A stretch of 62,591 bases of DNA from Schmidtea polychroa (Eukaryota), in the NCBI GenBank assembly GCA_044892525.1, contig CM097888.1, positions 6,883,410 to 6,946,000 on the forward strand. The letters run 5' to 3'. The number at the start of each line of letters is the position of its first letter. Position 1 is the first letter of the stretch. This document shows positions 50,055 through 61,555 of this stretch, piece after piece. A model generated the notes under the pieces. The model did no database searches and was not told the origin of the DNA. It saw nothing but the letters and a program-made list of their open reading frames with translations. A program made the translations under genes and the position numbers.

Positions 50055-53000
50055 TACACCTAACTGCGAAATATAACATTATCTATAATCTAAAAAAAAA
50101 ATCAATAAATATATATTATAGGAACACACAAACTTACCTGTGTGTAGAAATTTAATGCTGCAAAATTTAACATATTTATTATAGGAATCTAAAAAGTGAG
50201 AGAAAATAATTAAGCATACAAGCACAGCACACATAATGAAAAATACATACAAAATTAAGTAAAGTGTTTTTCATGCGAAATATACATTGATTAACATATA
50301 ATTAACATATCAATATTTTCAAATTATTTAAAAAGTTATGTACAAAAAAACTTTTGAATCAGATTCTGACTGCTCTACCTTGAGCTTTATTGAAAAAGAA
50401 GTAAATACATCGTAAGATTTAATTATAAAATAATTTAGAATATAAATTTCTTTAGATTTACAGATATTGAAGAAGATCCTTCGACATCTTTGAATTTGCA
50501 GGAAAAAAATCGCAAATCGTAAATTTTAATAAATTATTTTAACAAATTAATATTTTCATAGAATTACAGAAATAGACAAAATTCGAAAGAAGATTACAAA
50601 AACTTAAAAAATATTTTATCCATTCTTTACTAAATGTCTTTAAAAAATAAATGTTTGGTGATTACTTTACATATTTACAATTATAAAAATATCTAACTTA
50701 CATTTTTACGAAATAAATCCAAATAAATTCAAATCAAATACCATAAAATTCCTAATAAAACACCTGAAATTTAATTATCAATGTTATATATTATCAATAT
50801 TATAAATGCTGACTAACAGTAATATTTAAGAACTTGAATAATGATCTCATAATTATATAAAATCAAAATTCAAGTCCTAAAAATTACTTCAATTCAAAAA
50901 CTTACCTTAAAACGATTTTTGAAAAATTGAAAAAATGAAATTAAGTTAACATTGTCATATAATTGGTGACTCACCTCAGGTGGTGTGCACACCGACGTAT
51001 ATTATAGACAATGTTAACTTTCGCTGTTAGGTGTAAATCTGATTTTTTTTCGACACCTTTGCAAAAGAGAAGAATAGACATGTTCTATCTAGTTACTTAT
51101 AATCTCTGACCGACACCGACAATTTTTCATTTTACATACTCACAGGAAAAAAATAGCGGTGAAATCCATTGATTCAAAGGTTTTCTGAAAATCTTTAAAA
51201 AAATTTTAAATCAATGAATTTTTCATTAATTTGAAAGTTTTCATATTTGATTTGATGTTTAAAAGAGAGTAAATACATCATTTCACAGTTGATTTGAATT
51301 TGAAAAAATTAAAAAATCATCATTGTTAACAATCGAAAAACCGTTGATTTACCATCTGAAAAGTAAATCAACAGTTGTAATTTTTGTGTGTGTAGTTTTC
51401 AAGTTTTTCTGTTACGATTAAAACTTTTAGTGCACCTCTCCGGGCCCCCTTTCAATACCGGGCCCCGGGAAAAATACCCGTCTCCCCCTCTCTTCGGCCC
51501 TGTTCTGTGCGCTCGAATGTTATCTTGAAGGAAATGGCAATTTTCAAAACTGTTTCCGTGCAGTCAACGCCTTTTTTGTTGACACTCGTATATATATATG
51601 ACGTATATATTTATTTTTTAATCTTTTTTGTTAGACGTTTTTCAATATTTGTCTTAAATTAACTTCCCAAGGTTCGAGTGTAGGACCAAGTATAGGTCAC
51701 CTTCATTATGACAAAGAGGTTTTTATCAGTTTTCTTTATTCTGCGAATTGCTTTTATTAAGTTTCCTATATGTAAACAATTGTTCGCTCTAATGTCTTTA
51801 CCAAAAGTAACAGCATATATGTGGCAAACCTTTTAAATGCTTTGAATTTTTGTCAAAAATAATAATGTATGCCTTGGATTCTAACTTTTCGATATTTTTT
51901 ATTTTAGAATTGAATTATTCAGCTATAATTGTAATGAAATAAGGGTTAGGGTTATAATGGTAGTCTTAAGGTCCTTATCCACAATTTTCTAATTAATATT
52001 GCATTGGTATTCCTTCAGTTTTGGTCTATCTGGATACAAATTTTCTGACTTTGCTACCGGTCAGGCATAAATATTTTATCCTTAACTGTCATTGTTTATC
52101 TTTTATTGAATGGTTTTGATTGTTTTTTTCTTAAATAGCTAATTTTGCAACCCTTTCTCATAGTTTATTTATTGCTTTTCATATATTTTGTACATAAATT
52201 CTTTTAATTCCTAAGTGAAGTTTTTAAAATTCTTATCTCTAAGTTTCCCTTCAAAACAAAAATGCTAAATCTATGACCAGCATCATACAGATTATTTTAT
52301 TACAAATGATACACAAGATATTGTTGCATTTTCAGAAGTAATTCAATTTCCATCTATCTTTAATTTGTATTTTCCGATTGACTTCGAGAGCGACATTTCC
52401 TTAATAAAAATTTAGTCAAAATATAATACTACTTACGCGTATTTGTCAGCAACCACGCACAATTCAAAATAAGAATGTATTGCTTTTGTAAGCTTTTATT
52501 GTAGCAGAAAACTACGTATAAATAATATAATTTTTCCTAAGTGCATAAAGGATTGATACAACCCCCAATAGCCCTACCTTTGCTAATTCTATCACATTTG
52601 TAAAATTTCAAAAATTTTTAAAAATATATTTTATATATTAAATATTAAAGAAAAAATATTCTAAAATATGCAACTTTNNNNNNNNNNNNNNNNNNNNNNN
52701 NNNNNNNNNNNNNNNNNNNNNNNNNNNNNNNNNNNNNNNNNNNNNNNNNNNNNNNNNNNNNNNNNNNNNNNNNNNNNNNNNNNNNNNNNNNNNNNNNNNN
52801 NNNNNNNNNNNNNNNNNNNNNNNNNNNNNNNNNNNNNNNNNNNNNNNNNNNNNNNNNNNNNNNNNNNNNNNNNNNNTAGATAGCTATTATATTCTTATCC
52901 ATTCTATATATCGGCCACTAGGTCAAAGAACCCAACTAAAGCGCACTGCCAAATGTATATAAATTTAATTCCTTCACTTTGAAACACCAATATAAAATTT

Positions 53001-56000
53001 CTATAGTTATTTTCATTTTTTTCAAAACATAAATGGAGTTGAAAATGGAAATAGATCAATCATGAAAAGTATAAATTTGCAAAAACGTAAAAAAAATATT
53101 ATATAAAAACAAGTAAATAAAAATTTGTTTTAATTGAATAATTGAGATTTTAGCATTTTGGCGTAATATTATACCTTGAATTTTGATAATTTTAACCAAT
53201 AGAATTAGTTTTAAAAGTTAAAATATAAAATAACGTACTTTTAATGAATTTAAAAAACAAATAATTAATTAAAGATGTCTGAATTCGGCGAGTAAAAGCT
53301 TTTATAAGTCCATACCTATTTGGTTGTATTCAGTGGTGTCAATAAACCACTGGGACAAGAAACACGACATTTGGATTGTATATCGTAAATTGAGCTCATT
53401 TGAATCAAACGAATTGTCCTAAATATTTACCAGTAACTGTTATAGTTTTCTTTTGATGAAAATTTGGTTTTAGATAAAAATATATGTAAAATTTCTTTAC
53501 CAAAAGGTGGAAATTTAATTTAACTGTTAAATTCAGTATTTACAAAGACGTGCTCCCATCCAAATTGTTAATAAAATCCCATCTACTTCTCTGTTAAAAT
53601 ATTGAATTTTTTTTACAAAATTTCTAAAAATTAAAAAACGTTCAAATCGCACCTGAACAATCGTTGATAAAATATGATTTCATTCGGAAAAACCCCCATT
53701 TGAAGATTTACCACTAAATCGTAGTTGGAGTAATTGAATCTCACTTGGCCAGCCGCGGTGAAATACAATAGCTCCACTACAGAAAAATGTGGCAATAGCG
53801 CTTTTGAATTCAATAGAAACCGACGTTCACTATCAGCTTTAGAACTGGAAGAGTTAGATCTGACTGTGTCGACATGACGGTGCACAGCAGCTAAACCAAA
53901 CCTTCCAGTGCTGAAAATCTGATTTCAATTTTTATATTTTCGTGAGAGATTCATCACAAGTGAATGAGAAAAAAAACAACGAAAATATCATTCACCACTC
54001 TAACTGATTTGCAATGAATAGATGAAATAAATTCGCTGTATTTTATAACCGAAAACCCTGCGTGCATGACCCGGCCAAAGTTTAAGTGGCTTGCGTTGAA
54101 TTCATTCTCAGAACATGAACTGATTAATTGAGTTAGTTTTTTTCGTTCGTGGTTTGAAGTTCAAGTGAGTCTGTAAAACTGCAGATTTGTTTTATTTTAC
54201 TGATTTTATCGAAAGGCATTCAAGTGAATGATAACCAAACCGCGTTTGTTTTAAATCGAGCGAAGGTGAAAATCCTTTTTATTGGTGCTAATACGGTGTT
54301 ATCTCAGTAGGTATGTTCGAGGCTGATAAAGAACAGTTTTGTAATCAATCTGACAATGCATTGGTTTTGTGCGATTTAATGAAAATATGATACGATTCCA
54401 TTTTGTAGAGCTGAATTTTGCACTGGTAAAATATGTGAATTGAAAGTTGGCAAGGGTAACAGGGTAGCCCTTGCGTAAGGTAAAGGCAATATTGCGAGAT
54501 TTTTCGTTGAGATGTGTTACACGGCCTTTATTAGGGAAACTTAAAATTATTAATTAAAAATTAATTTTAAAATAAAAATAATATATGGTGGTCTTTATTC
54601 ATATTAAAAGTTATCTTAGAATTGAAGATATAATTATTTAATTAATTAATGAAAATACTACCAATAACTAACTTTTGTCCCTGAACTGTTAATTAAATGT
54701 TGAAAGAATTTTTATTTTTTTTATGAAAAATTGTTTAAAACAATCTTTCAAAATTTCGTTAATGTGATTGGCTAGTTTTGTTTTTGATGAGTTCATTCAA
54801 TCGAGTCAGAATTTCAATGATGTCAGATTTTTATTGAATCTTATTGGAAATGGAAAATTAATATTAAAATTCTGGTTGATTTCTATTTATTTATAAACTG
54901 GATCTAGATGGCCAAAATTGACAAAAGCTTAAAGTTGGGAATACCTAGTGAGAAGGAAAGGAAGTGCCTTACCAGCAAAACTTGACGTTAAGATAACTTA
55001 TGGGATGTTGTTAGTGATGTGCCATTTTTCCTTCGCTCTTTGTAACAAAGAATTCCAGTAGTGGCTTTATCAAGTGTTATTACATTTGATAAGGGTAATG
55101 TCAAAAATATTTGCAAATAAAGCAAAAGGGAAAATGTGGTAAATATTTTTAAGTATTTTCGGAATGTTGTTCTAGGAATAATTGATTGTGTAGAGAAACA
55201 ATTATAGGATCACCCAAAATATTTCAGATTTATGTCGCTTTCACCTCAAGACTCATGAAAATATTAATATTTGGTGTGTAATATAATATTTAGATAATAA
55301 TAAAAGTATACAAATAAACAAATCATTTATAAAGATGCATAAATAATAAATAAACAACAATTTATTAATACAAAACAAAGTTTGTTTATCTTTTAGTTTT
55401 TGAATGACCTTTCGACCTTGTGAGTTGCTATTGGTAACGCTGCCCAAATTCTTAGACTTTTGGAAATATATTGATGTTAGAGATGTGCAAATTCTTTATA
55501 TATTATTAAATTATTTACACTATTTTTTTGGCATCAAAATATTGTTTTTTTGATTGTGGAAGATTAAAGGTTATTTCTCCTCTGAAGGTAGAAGATATCA
55601 TTGTCAATAAATTCATTGGATTTTGTATACCCTTTCAAATTTACATTATATTGGGAAAAAATTGGAATATTGAGGAGGTGTAAATACATCGCTTTATCCT
55701 TACCCCTTTACAGTCACTCACTTTCGCTTTATCACTGGAAAGGTCATCCGAAATTTTTAATTTGAAGGAAAAGATTTAGCCAAAGATTTCGAAAGAATTC
55801 CGAGACTCTCAGACCATCAAAAACTTAAAAATTTATTATTTTCAATGTGAAATTTGTTTTTGCGATTCAACGTTCACTTTTCCGTCGGTATGAAAATATT
55901 ATTTTGTACTTCAATGGAATTTTAACAATTTTTGAAACTGATTCATAGTTTGAGATCAAACTGGTTCGAGTGATCGGATCTGTGCATTCCGGGATTTTCA

Positions 56001-57333
56001 ATATTTTCGAAAAATTTTTTTAAAACATTTTGTTGAGTTGCGTTTTACAAGATTCTTTTTTTATTTTTTTAAATTTTTTTTTCTTTATATTAAACTTTGA
56101 TAATAAGCTATTTTCAAAATTATTTAAATTACAGTTATATAAAAATAAATTTAATAAAAGTTTTTGTGTGCAGATAACAATAAAAATAAGGCAACTTTGG
56201 ATATATTTCAATTTTTGACATTGTATTTATTAAAACAGCTTGACTATGAATGAGTAAATATATCGATGTTTTTTTGATATTCACGATTTTTCGGCACTGC
56301 TTTTTTCAAGTGAACGAGAAAAGTTATTAAAATTATAATTTAATTTATTTCAGAAAATACACTATTGAGAAATGATTGATGTAAATACGCTTTATAAAAA
56401 GGTAAACAATTCTGTCAGCATTGTCATCATCGCCGTAGAAATTAATTGAGCGTATTATTAATAGTGAGGATTGTTATTTAGACATTTTAATAGGTGTGAT
56501 CATTGTGTTGACAGATAAATAGTAATTTTTGCAATTTTTTGTTATGGAAATGATTCGTGTTCAGTTCCATCTTGGTAACATGAAAATATGGAAGTAGTTA
56601 TCTTTACATGAAAATGTATGTCAGAAATTATGGCTCAACTTTTCTTAAAGTTTAGATTGATAAAATCCATTTTTAGATGATAAAGGATAAAAATAATTTT
56701 ATTCTTTTTGTGACTTTAGTTTGTGTTGAATAATGGTACTTATTTCTTCCAAAGTGGTCTACGTTTACTAAAATTGAATTTTCTAATAATTAGGAGTCTG
56801 ATAACTGAGGAAAACTAAGCTTTTGAAACATCATGCAAGTATGAATGTAAGGGCCAAGGTAGTCAGACATTAGCTAACAAATTGTAAGTTCTTCCTTCCT
56901 TATGAAATTCTCAAATAAACAAAAATTGTGTATAGAAAAAAATATTAAAAACATATTTAAAGAGGTTGTCAAACATTAATTAAAAATGTTTATATTGTAG
57001 AAATAAATTTTTTATTGTATTTTTCTTATATAATTTATTAAAATAATATAATTTATTAAAATAATAACTTCTTGATGAAATCGAAGGTGACGAAAAAATG
57101 GATAAGAGCAAAATTCCAAAATAAATCTTAAATGTTACTGAGGATATTGAAATAAATTTTTATAGTGAAAATGTTAGGGTTGGGCGAACAGGGATGGGCA
57201 TGAAATAAACAATAGGAAATAGCTAGTAGATAAAAATAGTAATTTTATAATTACTAAAAAATGTACATAGGTGAAAATAGTAATATATTATTACAAACAG
57301 GACCGTCGCGAGGGGTGTTTCATCCAATCTTGT

Positions 57334-57440
57334 GCTCGCGTTTGTGCGCGCGTTCGGTTTGTTCTTGTGTTTGCGTCTGTGTACGTGTTAATATTTATAT
57401 TATTATTTCAATTGATTTACTCGCGTCTATGTGAGCACGC
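57334..57440 (+). promoter_or_regulatory. Degenerate module copy F: three direct half-sites of the CGCGTCTGTGTG motif upstream of HSP90
   Basis: ctcgcgtttgtgcgcg, ttgcgtctgtgtacg and ctcgcgtctatgtgagcac, then a T-rich leader with ttggaatttcgaa words, then ATG at 57683. Confidence 0.5.
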
Positions 57441-57682
57441 CTTCTTGAATTACTTGTTTTTCTTGTACAAGGAATTTTTTTTGTTATTGGGTTTTGCTTG
57501 GATTTATTTATTGGAATTTATATTTCTGGATTGTGCTCGAATACTGTTTGAATTTGGAATTTCGAAGAATTTTGTGGATTTTTTAATATTTTGTTTTCAA
57601 TTCGTGAATATTTAAATTTTGCTTGATTTTTTTGGAATTAAATTGTTGGAATTTCGAATTTTTCTTCGATTAAATTGAAATA

Positions 57683-57887
57683 ATGAATGACTCTGAGTCG
57701 TTTACATTTCAAGCAGAAATCGCTAACAGTTGAGCGTTATTAACGATTCTTTCTATTCCGACAAAGAAATACTTTTGCGTGATGTGAATTCAAATTCTTT
57801 TTTGGATACAGTCAGAGTTTATGAGTAGTATATAGTGAGGACTCCAACGCACTTTCAAGGTCATCCCAATGTTCAAATCAAATATTG
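57683..57887 (+). pseudogene. HSP90: HSP90 5'-end fragment, frameshifted
   Basis: MNDSESFTFQAEIA, then QLSVINDSFYSDKEILLRDVNSNS.LDTVR, compared with [43 protein letters not shown]. Confidence 0.85.
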
Positions 57888-58631
57888 ACCAATCGAATCT
57901 TTTTAATTTAAATTTTATTTAATTACTTTTATTTAATTATTTAATTCATTACATTTTATTATATTTTTATTATTATTTGATTTTAATTAATATTTTGTTA
58001 ATTTTTAATTTATTAATTAATTGATTCATTATGTTTATTATTATTTTATTTTANNNNNNNNNNNNNNNNNNNNNNNNNNNNNNNNNNNNNNNNNNNNNNN
58101 NNNNNNNNNNNNNNNNNNNNNNNNNNNNNNNNNNNNNNNNNNNNNNNNNNNNNNNNNNNNNNNNNNNNNNNNNNNNNNNNNNNNNNNNNNNNNNNNNNNN
58201 NNNNNNNNNNNNNNNNNNNNNNNNNNNNNNNNTATTTAATTATTTAATTAATCTTATTTATTATTATTATTTTTTTTTACATTTTTATTTAATATAGTCT
58301 ACCAATAACGTAAATTATAACAAGAATATTTCAATTAGAACAAATTTTTAAATAGTAATTATTCGATTTATTATAAAATAAAACGTCGAGTTATTTTAGA
58401 TAAACTGGGTATTAATTTTTCAGAAAAAAAAGTTTTTCATGAAAATAATTATTCTTACTTAAAACTAATTATCTAAATTAATTGGACAAATGAATTATTA
58501 AATGATAAAACACATTTTAATTAACTAAGTCAAATTATTCACAATATATATTTTATTATTCACATAAATTTAATTGTTAAAGTGCTTGCTTCGATTTGCA
58601 TTCATTTCTAGACATAGCAGTTGCAATATGC

Positions 58632-60470
58632 ATTTGACGAATCTTATAGTGACCGTATGCATAGCTTTCATCAGAATTGAACCAATACCTTTTATCTTCC
58701 AAACATTGGAGAGCTCGTTTTTTTGTCATGAAAGTATACATGTGAGTATCTTATTCTTTTTTGTGGGATGCTCACTTTTCCACCATCAGTATTCACTTTT
58801 TTGTAAGCTTCATGTGTAAGATTAGAATTGGTAAGACTTATTCATTTGGCTTATAAAGTGTCTTTATCGCCTTGGAGTGAGTAGCACTTGGGTGGAAGGA
58901 ACACCCATTCCTTTTATTGATTTCCTTTATTCTTATCCTTGACTTTCCCGATTACAGAACAAATTTTATCTGAGAACAATGGATCGGTCACTGGATAATT
59001 TGAAGTATCTAGGAGCCCATCGGCAATCATTTTTGGATACAGCTGTAAACGTAAATCAACATTTTTACATTCTAAAAAGAAAGAATCTGTGTCACCGGCT
59101 AAGATATTGATTTGACAATTTAACTCTTCTCTATAACTCTGTAGTTCTTTATATTGAAACCGAAGTTTAAGTACCGTTTGTCCAATATACATTGTTCTAT
59201 CTAAACTAGTGGCCTGCCGAACTTTGATTTGAACTTCTATTCGGACCAAAGTTCAAACACTTCGGAAACTTCGGACTTCGGCAATACGATCCAAATAGTG
59301 AAATTTTGCTTGAGCGATAATAAATTATTATTGTTCCGTGATTATTTATTATACTTATTATTATTTATACTTATTATAAAATTATATAGAAATAATTGTG
59401 TCATTTTTCTGTCATAAAATTGTGTCTCATAAATGAATGATTTATTCATTAGGTAAAATATTAGACTGAGCAGAACTACCAGTTGAGCATCCGATTCACT
59501 TTCCACATCATCACATGCGAAAATCTCCATAGCTCCATACCCCTCCCCAGTGTACATAATATATATAAAAGCCCATCAAATTTGAAATCGAAAATTTTAA
59601 ATATATTTCTTTAACAAAATTAATAAATTAGTTTAAATATTAAAAATAAATGAAAGTAATAAATATGGCTAATGCTATGAGAAGTAAAATTTGGAATTTC
59701 TTTGAAATCAACGCTGTGGATGAATCTTTTGCTAACTGTGGGACATGCAGAATGAAAATGAAACGTGGCGGCAAGGATCCATTTGAAGAGGAAACGCGGA
59801 ATGCTAGTTTGTCAACTGCAACAAGCGGAATGATTATTCCAAGTGTGCGTGTACTTCAGGTAGTTTTGACGAGACCAGCAAAGGAGGGTGACGACCTCTG
59901 CATTCAAACAATCGATGTGGTCCGTTTTGACTACTAATAAACTAATGAAGATGTATATATTTATATAAACACATGTATTTTTTTATTTTTTCGTTTCACG
60001 TTACTTTGCTTGTTGCGAACAGATCTATGTTATATAATTTACATCCATGTTTCAAAAGACAACAAAATGAACACTTCTCAATATCATGTATTATCACCCA
60101 TTGTATAATTTTTTCAGTTTTATTGACGATTCATTTTAATAAATCGCCGTAGGTCATTGCAGTAGGTACAGGTCCCTAAATTATTTTCACGCACCAGACA
60201 TTTGATTCGACTTCGGCTTCGGCCAAATAGTAATTTAAAAATTTGAACTTCGGACTTCGGCAAAAAAGTCACTTCGGCAGGCCCTTAATCTAAACACACC
60301 ATTTCTTTATCGAGTATAAAAGCTATGAGGTCATCCGCAATCTTGATGCTACGACGAAACATAGGATGACTACAATAAGTTATCATTCTCTTGCTTTTGT
60401 TGCATAATCTCAAGTTTATACGTTCTTCAGGTTTTCCACGGTTTTACCGTATAAACTGTTGAATAAGATC
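58632..60470 (-). mobile_element. Polinton/Maverick-type protein-primed DNA polymerase B C-terminal remnant, split by a hAT insertion
   Basis: NSLYGKTVEN (60460-60431, motif B), HPMF..LD|RTMYIGQTVLKL, GDTDS (motif C), LDTSNYP...GKVKD, KCYS, EDKRYW...YAYGHY. Confidence 0.85.
59207..60287 (+). mobile_element. Non-autonomous hAT element (1081 bp) with BED zinc-finger remnant and 8-bp TSD atctaaac
   Basis: atctaaac|tagtggcctgccgaa ... ttcggcaggccctta|atctaaac. ORF 59650 contains RSKIWNFF....ANCGTC; subterminal cttcgg repeats. Confidence 0.92.
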
Positions 60471-60499
60471 CAAATAAATCATTAAAATTTTATTCTTTA

Positions 60500-61014
60500 A
60501 CACTGTCATTTTCATTTCCCCGTCTGCATTGCTGCTATCAATCCAAGGAAGAGCTTCGATAAGTATTTCCTCATTGCAAATTGTGCTTTCATTTATTGCT
60601 TTCGAAGCTTTCATTTTACTGTGCTCAACAACACTTGAATTGTCGAATAATAAAAATCGACACTTTCTACATTTGAATTGAACTAAATCTTTTGAAGATG
60701 CTGATAACTTAAATTGAGCTTGAGAAACTGTATTTGCGCATTTGTTGATTTCATCACTGCAATTCATGTTGAAATATATCTTTAATTGTTTCATGAATCC
60801 ATCATTTGGACATATAAATGACTTTTCCTTAATTGTCTCAATCGCATCGTTTGGACCAACTTTAAAATGTTAAATAAGCCGTCAAAATAATTCCACTTCT
60901 TGATATTCCACCAAATTTTCTGCCATTTTCAATGAATTCACTGGTTTCATCGAAATAAGAAATAAGATCTTGGCTTGGAACATCATAAGCTTTAATAAAT
61001 TTGTAATCAAATTC
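60500..61014 (-). pseudogene. DUSP12: DUSP12/YVH1-like dual-specificity phosphatase fragment lacking the catalytic HCxxG segment, frameshifted
   Basis: FDYKFIKAYDVPSQDLISYFDETSEFIENGRKFGG|ISRS..LTAYL, ICPNDGFMKQL, and C-terminal zinc domain FKCRKCRFLLF...EH...IEALPWI. Confidence 0.8.
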
Positions 61015-61056
61015 TTCTTCTTCAACTGAAGGATCACATTTCACACCTGAAGCCAT
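61015..61056 (-). pseudogene. ADF/cofilin start fragment (MASGVKCDPSVEEE) fused in frame to DUSP12
   Basis: aaaATGGCTTCAGGTGTGAAATGTGAT is nearly identical to 23200 aaaATGGCTTCAGGTGTTAAATGTGAT. Confidence 0.65.
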
Positions 61057-61144
61057 TTTTAAAAACAGGAATTTACAAATTTTGATTCCAACTCCACTTT
61101 CGAACATTTACACATTTCAAACAAAAAACCAAATTCTAGAATTT

Positions 61145-61329
61145 CTACAATATCAATATAACAATCAATTCACAAAAAAAACACAATTAACAATTACCTA
61201 CAATATCAATCCATTGCTCGCGTCTGTGTGCGCACACCAACAATATTCGGTCTAACCAGACCGCGCACACAGACGCGATAGAAAAAAAACCGAATAAATG
61301 CCAGTCAGAGGCAATCCCCCTCTGACTGG
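61145..61329 (-). promoter_or_regulatory. Cassette module copy E, the only ungapped and undegraded copy: mini-intron (61197..61145), perfect 16-bp IR (61218-61233/61263-61278) and perfect 11-bp hairpin (61301-61329)
   Basis: tcgcgtctgtgtgcgc/gcgcacacagacgcga; ccagtcagagg-caatccc-cctctgactgg; AG|GTAATT...TTGTAG|A (53 nt). Confidence 0.85.
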
Positions 61330-61555
61330 TCGAAACAACTGTAGTTCTTTAACTTATAATAATCTCGCTAAAATGAATCTATACTAGCTGCTCTCATTTG
61401 AGTACTGTAATCAATATATCCTTTGAAAATAGCGACTTGCTTGAATTCTACAGCGCGATTAACTTTTGTGACTTTTGCACCGTAACTCAACCATTCCGTC
61501 AAAACTCTACTATTAACTACATAGTTATTCTTAGGTTCGTGTGATTACTTTAATG

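Noticed and set aside
53631-53885. 84-aa ORF and other short ORFs at 32516-33048, 37302-38564, 40515 and 43314
   Set aside because: No recognisable motif or splice support; likely non-coding or unidentifiable TE debris.
57550-57670. ttcgaa/ttggaa words in module leaders as heat-shock elements
   Set aside because: They do not form three properly phased nGAAn units.
710-58297. ORF-track entries composed mostly of X (710, 813, 5721, 5723, 8204, 8772, 12133, 15991-16403, 27390-27880, 52645, 58021 and similar)
   Set aside because: They are artefacts of translating through N gaps.
61301-61345. Canonical Helitron 3' end (hairpin plus CTRR)
   Set aside because: The hairpin is followed by tcgaaacaactgtag|t rather than CTRR, and no RepHel fragment is seen. 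A non-canonical Helitron or Helentron is not excluded.
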